Under the pieces are notes generated by a model, which saw only the letters and a program-made list of their open reading frames with translations, did not search any database and was not told where the DNA came from. From Cyanophora paradoxa CCMP329 (taxonomy: Eukaryota; Plantae; Glaucophyta), in the NCBI GenBank assembly GCA_004431415.1, contig QPMI01000190.1, positions 1-64,000 on the forward strand: a stretch of DNA of 64,000 nt. The letters run 5' to 3'. The translations under genes and the position numbers were made by a program. Below are positions 58,055-64,000 of this stretch, in pieces (positions within the stretch are counted from its first letter, which is position 1; each line of letters opens with the position of its first letter).

Positions 58055-60695
58055 ATGATGGAAGGCATGGACACCCCGAAAGCGCTCCCGGAGCCTTATT
58101 GGCCTCTGGAAGAGGCGTCGTTCGTGGCCCAGCCACAGCAGGCCAAGCGAGGTGCCCGAGCAGACGCTGGAATTGCGAAAGCTTTCAGTGCTGGGCACGT
58201 CCACTCGGGGAAAGCAGGGAGCGACGCTTCCCAGCGGCAACCCGAGCGTTTCGCTGAAGGTGCGGCCCAACCTTGCGACGTCTAACTCGCCCGTCGCGCT
58301 TGCTTGGCTAGATATTTCCTTGCTTCTTTCGCGATGTAACGCTTCCCGCGCAGCCTACGGCCGGAAAGACAACGCACTTGCACACCGGGGCACGGTCGCC
58401 ACGGCGTGCGCCTGGCCCTTCCGCGTTTCTCGCGCCGATATTGTTTACATGTCCGACGCAGGGTCAAGACCAAGCCGAATCCAGCGGGGCGGCGCCCAGC
58501 TTATCCTGAGGTGGAGGAGCACCTCATCTCGTGGATCAGGCAGCAGCACCCAGCCCCGTCCAAGCATGCGATTTTCGGAAAGGCGATGGAGATATCATTA
58601 GATCCGGCCTTGCGCAGCGCGAACGTGAACCTGGAGGGCTTCAAAGCAAGCCCTGCATGGCTCAGTCGCTTCCTCAAGCGCCACGGCATTTCGGAAGCGG
58701 ACTTGCAGGCGGCGGGCAGCGGCGGCAGCAGCCAACAAGGCGGCAGCTTCAGCGCGGGAAGCCCGCCGGGGCCGGCCGACGATTTGGAAGGGCTGGAGGA
58801 GCCGAGGACGGTGGACTCGGATTGGAGCGGGAGCGGCGGGGCCGCCGAGACCTCGAGCAGCGGCACCTCTTCTGGCCTGCAGCCGGGCGACGGGCACACC
58901 ATCGTCCTCGAGACGTCCGCCCCCGCGCGGCCGCACGCCGCCCCGCAGCCGGCCCGCAAGCGCGCTCGCCTCGCCGCGCCAGCCGCCGCCGCGTCTCTGC
59001 CGCCCGTCCCCGCCGGCTCCTCCTCCCGCGCGCCCCAGGCGAGCTCGGATCCGTACGGGAGAGCGGGCCTGCAGCGGAGCGGGAGTGGGAGCGCGGGAGG
59101 CAGCAGCGGCGGGGAGGCGGGCGGGGGCCGGGGCCGGCGCTGGCCGCGGGGGGCGGCGGGATGCTGGAGCGGGCGAGCAGCGGCTCGTCGGTCTCGCGGA
59201 CCAGGACCCCGACGCTGGACCACGGCGGCGAGGCCCTCGGGCCCGGCCCGCCCCCCGCCGAGCATGCCCCCGGCCCCCGCCCCGCGCCCCGGAGCATGCC
59301 GGCGCACATCGAGCGGATCTGCGACCACTGCCAGTCCGTCGTCCCCGCAGCATCCTTCGAGGTGCGGCGGCGGCGCCCTCGCGCGCCCTCGCGCCGCGCC
59401 CCGCGCAGCTGACGCGGACGGGCGGGGGCAGGAGCACGTGGAGGTGGCGTGCGGGGAGGTCCCCGTGGAGTGCCCGTGGCACTGCGGGGAGCGCCCCAAG
59501 CGGCACGCGCGGGACGCCCACATCGTCCGCGAGTGCCGTTTCGCCCCGGTCCCCTGCGACTTCCGCGCCTACGGGTGCACCACGGTGGTGCGCCCCCGTC
59601 GTCCCCGCCTGCGCTCCGCTGGCCGGCCTCAAGCGGGGCCGGCGCGCAGGCGTCGCGCATGGAGCTTGAGGTGCACATGCGGGAGCCGGGGGCGGCTGCG
59701 CGGCACGTGGCGGGTCTGCGGGCGGCCCTCGCGAGGCAGGAGCAGGGGATGGCGGAGGAGCGGGCGGCGGCGCGGCGGGCGGCGGCGCGGCTCGAGGAGG
59801 AGCTCGCGGAGACGCGCGCCGTCCTCGCCGAGGTCTCTCGCCTCTGCGGCGTCCTGCGGGTGCCCGCCCCGCCCAGCGCCCAGCGCCCACTGCCCAGGCC
59901 CCCGCGCCGCTGACCCTGCCGCCAGTTCGAGGTGCGGCTGCCCGACGGGGGCGGAGTGGTGGCGGTGCGGGGCCGGCGGGACGAGAGCGTGCGGCGCCTG
60001 CTCGAGCGGGTCTATGGGGCGTGCCCGGGCCTGGAGGCCGCCCCCTCGGCGCCGCACGCCCTCGCCGCGCCGGGGCGGCCGGCGGCCCTCCCCGCCGACC
60101 TCGACCTCGACTCGTGCGGGCTCACGGACGGCTGCACCCTCTCAGTCGTGCCGGCGCTCCAGCGGCCCACATCGTTCCCCGTCACCGGCACCCCGCCCCC
60201 GCCCTCCCTCGCTTCCGCCTCGGGCCCCTCTTCGCAGCAGGCCCCGCCGCAGGCCTCCAACCCGCCGCCGCGGCAGAGCACGCCGGCGCAGGACGGCATG
60301 CGGCGGGTCGGCTCCCACTCCACCTTCCCCGCTGCGCCCCCTGGCAGCGGGCCGGCATCCACGGGCCGCCTGACGCCGACCGTCCCCGCCGGGCATCCGG
60401 CATCTGTCTCCTCGCCCTTCCAGCGGCAGGGCGCTCCCACACAACCGCCCCCGCTGCCGCCCTCGCCTGCCGTGCTGCCCCAGCGCGGTCCCTCCCCCAC
60501 GCCGGCAGCCTTCCAGCAGATCTCCTCCCCGCCCCAGATCGTCGCCCCGTCCATGTACTCCCAGCCGGCCTGCCCGTCGCACGCGCCTGCGTCCCAGCTC
60601 CAGCAGCCGCAGCCACAACAGCAGCATCAACAACAGCAGCAGCTGCAGCAGCTGCAGCAGCAACTGCAGCAGCAGCTGCAGCAGCAGCTGCTGCG

Positions 60696-60789
<94 letters not shown>

Positions 60790-62150
60790 CAAGAACAGCA
60801 GCTGCAGCAGCAGCAGCAGCAGCAGGAGATGCTACAGCAAGCGTACCAGGAGCAGCTCGCGCTGTTGCAGCAGCAGGCGCAGGCGCAGGCGCAAGCACAG
60901 GCGCAGGTGCAGGCCCAAGCGGCCCTAGTGCAAGCCCAGGCGCACGTCCAGGCGCTGGCACAGGCGCAGGCCCAAACACAGGCGCATGCACAAGCACAGG
61001 CACAGGCGCAGGCCCAAGCACAGGCGCAGGCACAGGCGCAAGCACAGGCACAGGCACAGGCGAGGCTGGAGCAGCAGGCGCAGGCGATGGTGCAGCAGCA
61101 GCTGCAACAGCAACAGCAACAGCAACAGGCACAGCAGCAGCAGCAGCAACAACAGCAGCAGCAGCAGAGCCTCCTCCAACAGGCCATCCGGCAGCTCCAA
61201 CAGCAGCAGCAGCATCAACAGCAGCAGCAGCAGCAGCAGCAGCAGGAGCTGCCGCAGCAGCAGCCCCTGCAGCACGCCGGCTCTGCTGGATCGTTGCAGC
61301 AGCTGCAGCACGCGGGGTCGAGCGGCTCGCTGCACCAGATGGTGCACGCCGGCTCGAGCGGCTCGCTTCAGGGGATGCCGCACGCCTCCTCGGCGGGCTC
61401 GCTGCAGGGGCTGCAGCGGGCCGGCCCCGGCGGCGCGACGGGCTCCAGCGGCTCCCTCCAGCAGCTCCCGCACTCTGGCCACGAAGCCACCCAGCAGGTG
61501 CCCCCCCGAGCCCCCTCCAAGCCCCCGGCCCCGCTCACTCCTCGCCCCTCCCCGCGCAGCCGCAGCGCCCTTCCTACCCCCCACCGCAGCCGCAGCGCTC
61601 CGTGCGGGCGCTGGGGCCGGGGGGGCAGCAGCAAGGGGCAGGGCAGGGGGTGGGCAACGGGGGGCAGCAGCAGCGGGCGGGGAGCAGCAGCAGCGCTCTG
61701 CAGCAGCAGCTGGACGAGGGCCTCGCGCTCGCCGCGGGAGGCCCCCTCGCCAGCCTCTCGCCCTTCACCCGCGGCCCCGCCGCCCTCGCCGACTCCTCCC
61801 CCCTCGCCCCCGTCCCCCGCACCGGCTCCCCCGGGGGCGAGCCGGCGCTCTCGCCGACCGTCTCCTCGGTGCTCTCGCCGGGGCAGGGGGCGACGGGGTC
61901 GCAGGGGGCGACCCCGATGGGGCCGGGCGGGGTGCTGGGCCTGGGGTCGGGGGGCCTGCCGATGGCGGTGATGGTGGCCCCGGACCTCGTGCGCCTCACC
62001 GAGCCCGACGGCACGGTCAAGGTCTACCACATCACCGAGGGCCCCGAGGAGGCCGACCCCGCCGCCCCCGACGACCCCTTCCTCTTCCCCGACTGCGCCG
62101 ACTCGCCCCGGCCCCCGCCCCACGACCCCTTCCTCCCCCTCCCCTCTTGA
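58055..62150 (+). CDS. CENP-B/Tc5 HTH + TRAF-type zinc finger + coiled coil + ubiquitin-like + polyQ protein
   Basis: [34 protein letters not shown]; CDHC..|[29 protein letters not shown]; [32 protein letters not shown]; Q and QA tracts. Confidence 0.8.
60601..61263 (+). repeat. Coding (CAG/CAA)n polyglutamine and (QA)n tracts
   Basis: Direct reading of the sequence. Confidence 0.95.
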
Positions 62151-62744
62151 CACCCTCCTCAGCCTGCCCTCTTCGGACCCCGCTCTCTTTGAGCCTGCCC
62201 TCTTCGGACCCCGCTCTGCCAGCCCTCTTTGAACTTGCGCCCTCTCTTTTAGCCTGACCTTCTCTTTGCTCGTTCGCTCTCCAAAGTCCCTTTCCCTTCT
62301 CCTCACAGCACAGGCCCCGGGGTCTCCAGTTTTGTATGCAGCGCAGCATATTTACGTTTGGGTTTAGGAACAGACATGCAGCGGTCAGGGTTCATACCGG
62401 ACCTATAGATAATGCTTCTCATATTTGCTTTCTGTACCATATGCGTCGTGGGCCTCCGTTGTCGCGGGCGCCTTGCAATTGATGTCGATTTCGGATTCAC
62501 ATGAACTGCCGGAGGACCGCATTGTGCTTCGTGGCACTCCTCCTCAGGGGCTCAAGGGCCTAGGCCCGAGGCACTGCAACGGCGTGGGGCCCCGGGGCGC
62601 CGGCGTGCACGTGGACGTTGCGAGTTGGGGCGAGGTCCAACTACAGGCGAGCTCGAGAGTGATCAGAAAGGCTCGCCCCCGTGGGGTCCTACCGGGCTAT
62701 GGGGAATTAAATAATGTGTGAATTAGCGGCTACGCCGTGACGGG

Positions 62745-64000
62745 CTACCAGCGCATCCAGAGGCGGACGGAGGTGTCCTCGCTGGCGGACACGAGGAAGG
62801 CGCCGGAGACCGCCACGGCGTACACCGGGCCCCCGTGGCCCGCGTACCGCGACTCGTCGTGCCCCGCACCCGCCCACCGCCGCATCCGCGCCCCGGTCCG
62901 CAGGTCCCACTGCGCGCGGCCCGCGTCAACGAACCGAAGCTCGAGATTCGGAGGCCTGGGGGCGAGCGCGCGCCTCGAGGATCTCGTTGCCGCCGGCGGA
63001 GTACAGGCTCTCGCCAACCGCGGCGAGGCCCCGGCAGTAGTAGTCGTGCCCTGGACCGGACCCCCCCGCGTCGGCCACGCGACGGCCGGGAGAACGGCGA
63101 GCGGGGGAAACACTCTCACAAATACGGCGTACCCTCGAAGGTGCGGGCGACGTCGCCCCTGGCGAGGTCCCATTCCTGGACGAGGGGCCCCGAGGTGGAG
63201 TAGAGGCGCCCGCCGTGCACCAGCAGGCCCGCCACGCTCGCCCCGCGCCGCGGCAGCGCCCGCACCTTCTGCCCCGTCTCCAGATCCCACTCCTGAGAGC
63301 CAGTCGGGTCGGCGGAAGCGAAGCTGCGGCCCGGGCACGCACGATGATCGTCTTGTCGAGGGAGCCGCTGAAGAGGCGCGCGGCGCCGTCCCAGGCGAGG
63401 GCGCGTACGTACGCGTAGTGCGCCTTGAGCGCGTGCAGCTGCTCTCCGCTCCGGCGGTCCCACACGCGGACGGCGTTGTCGTCCCCTGCGGAGACGAGCC
63501 GCCCGCCGGCCACCAGCAGCGCCCCCACCGCCTTGGTGTGGCCGGCGAGGACGCGCAGGGGCCCCGCGGCGCCCTCGGCCTCCAAATCGTACTCCTGCGA
63601 ACGGGCGCGGCGCGCGTCAGGGGGCGGCCGGCGGCGGCGATCGGCGCTGCGTGCCTGAATTTCGCCGCTGCCGAGCCCGATGTACAGGCGCGTCTCGACG
63701 GAGGCCGCGCTCTTGCAGCCGACCTCGGGGCTGGCCGCCGTCCAAGTGCGGAGCCGCCGGCTGCGCGTCGTACCGACCTCCCACTCCACAGCGGTCCCGT
63801 CGTCCGAAGCCGTGTATGCGCGATCGAGCGCCTCGTTCACGCACACGGTCCAGACGCGAGCCCCGTGCCGGCCGAGGACGCGACCTGCCCTTGGTCAGCA
63901 TCGAGGATCGCGAGCATAGCACAGCGGACTCACAGATCATGCTGGCGACCGCGGACAGTTCGCGGCAAACGAGTCGCACGGGGCAAAGCTCATGGGGCCG
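62745..64000 (-). CDS. WD40-repeat protein, probably F-box/WD40 (5' end outside window)
   Basis: GHTKAV..LVSAGDDNAVRVWD, AHYAYV..LFSGSLDKTII, GHGGPVY..LVSASEDTSVRLW; RLVCREL near the window end resembles the end of an F-box. Confidence 0.85.

Noticed and set aside
60627-61187. Poly-Cys, poly-Leu and poly-Ala ORFs
   Set aside because: Alternative-frame or antisense shadows of the polyQ tract.
1-64000. Introner-type repeated introns; tRNA or rRNA genes
   Set aside because: Introns share composition but no extended sequence identity by eye; no recognisable structural RNA genes were seen.

Overview
This is a gene-dense, very GC-rich eukaryotic window, not a prokaryotic one: about 22 protein genes, each cut by many short (about 55-90 nt) introns. 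The organism is probably a flagellated alga; glaucophyte-like is an inference from CFAP69 plus Phe-initial transit peptides. Recognisable genes: ankyrin-WGR-PARP, PrmA, mitochondrial-type Hsp20, EF-hand protein, p24/TMED10, KCR-type SDR, CFAP69, stand-alone OvoA C-terminal-like methyltransferase, TPR-acid-phosphatase-like fusion, RsmJ, mTERF, GST zeta, TrmH/SpoU, two F-box proteins, a golgin/pericentrin-like coiled coil and a CENP-B-HTH/TRAF-ZnF/Ubl/polyQ chimera. The most striking signal is the splicing grammar. GC-AG introns are very common, and introns are C-rich at the 5' end and G-rich at the 3' end, often with no polypyrimidine tract. CFAP69 has a U12-type AT-AC intron, and several micro-exons are predicted, including a 2-nt exon needed to restore the Hsp20 LPG motif. 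Three nested transposon piles can be resolved from terminal inverted repeats (TIRs) and target-site duplications (TSDs): a Ginger/TDD-like element inside a GGGG-ended element, a CACAG-ended CMC-like element inside a SINE-like repeat, and a composite insertion in exon 1 of a BACK-like gene. Most genes sit as tight head-to-head pairs. All gene models were spliced by eye; some starts are uncertain and the first 2 kb shows apparent homopolymer errors.
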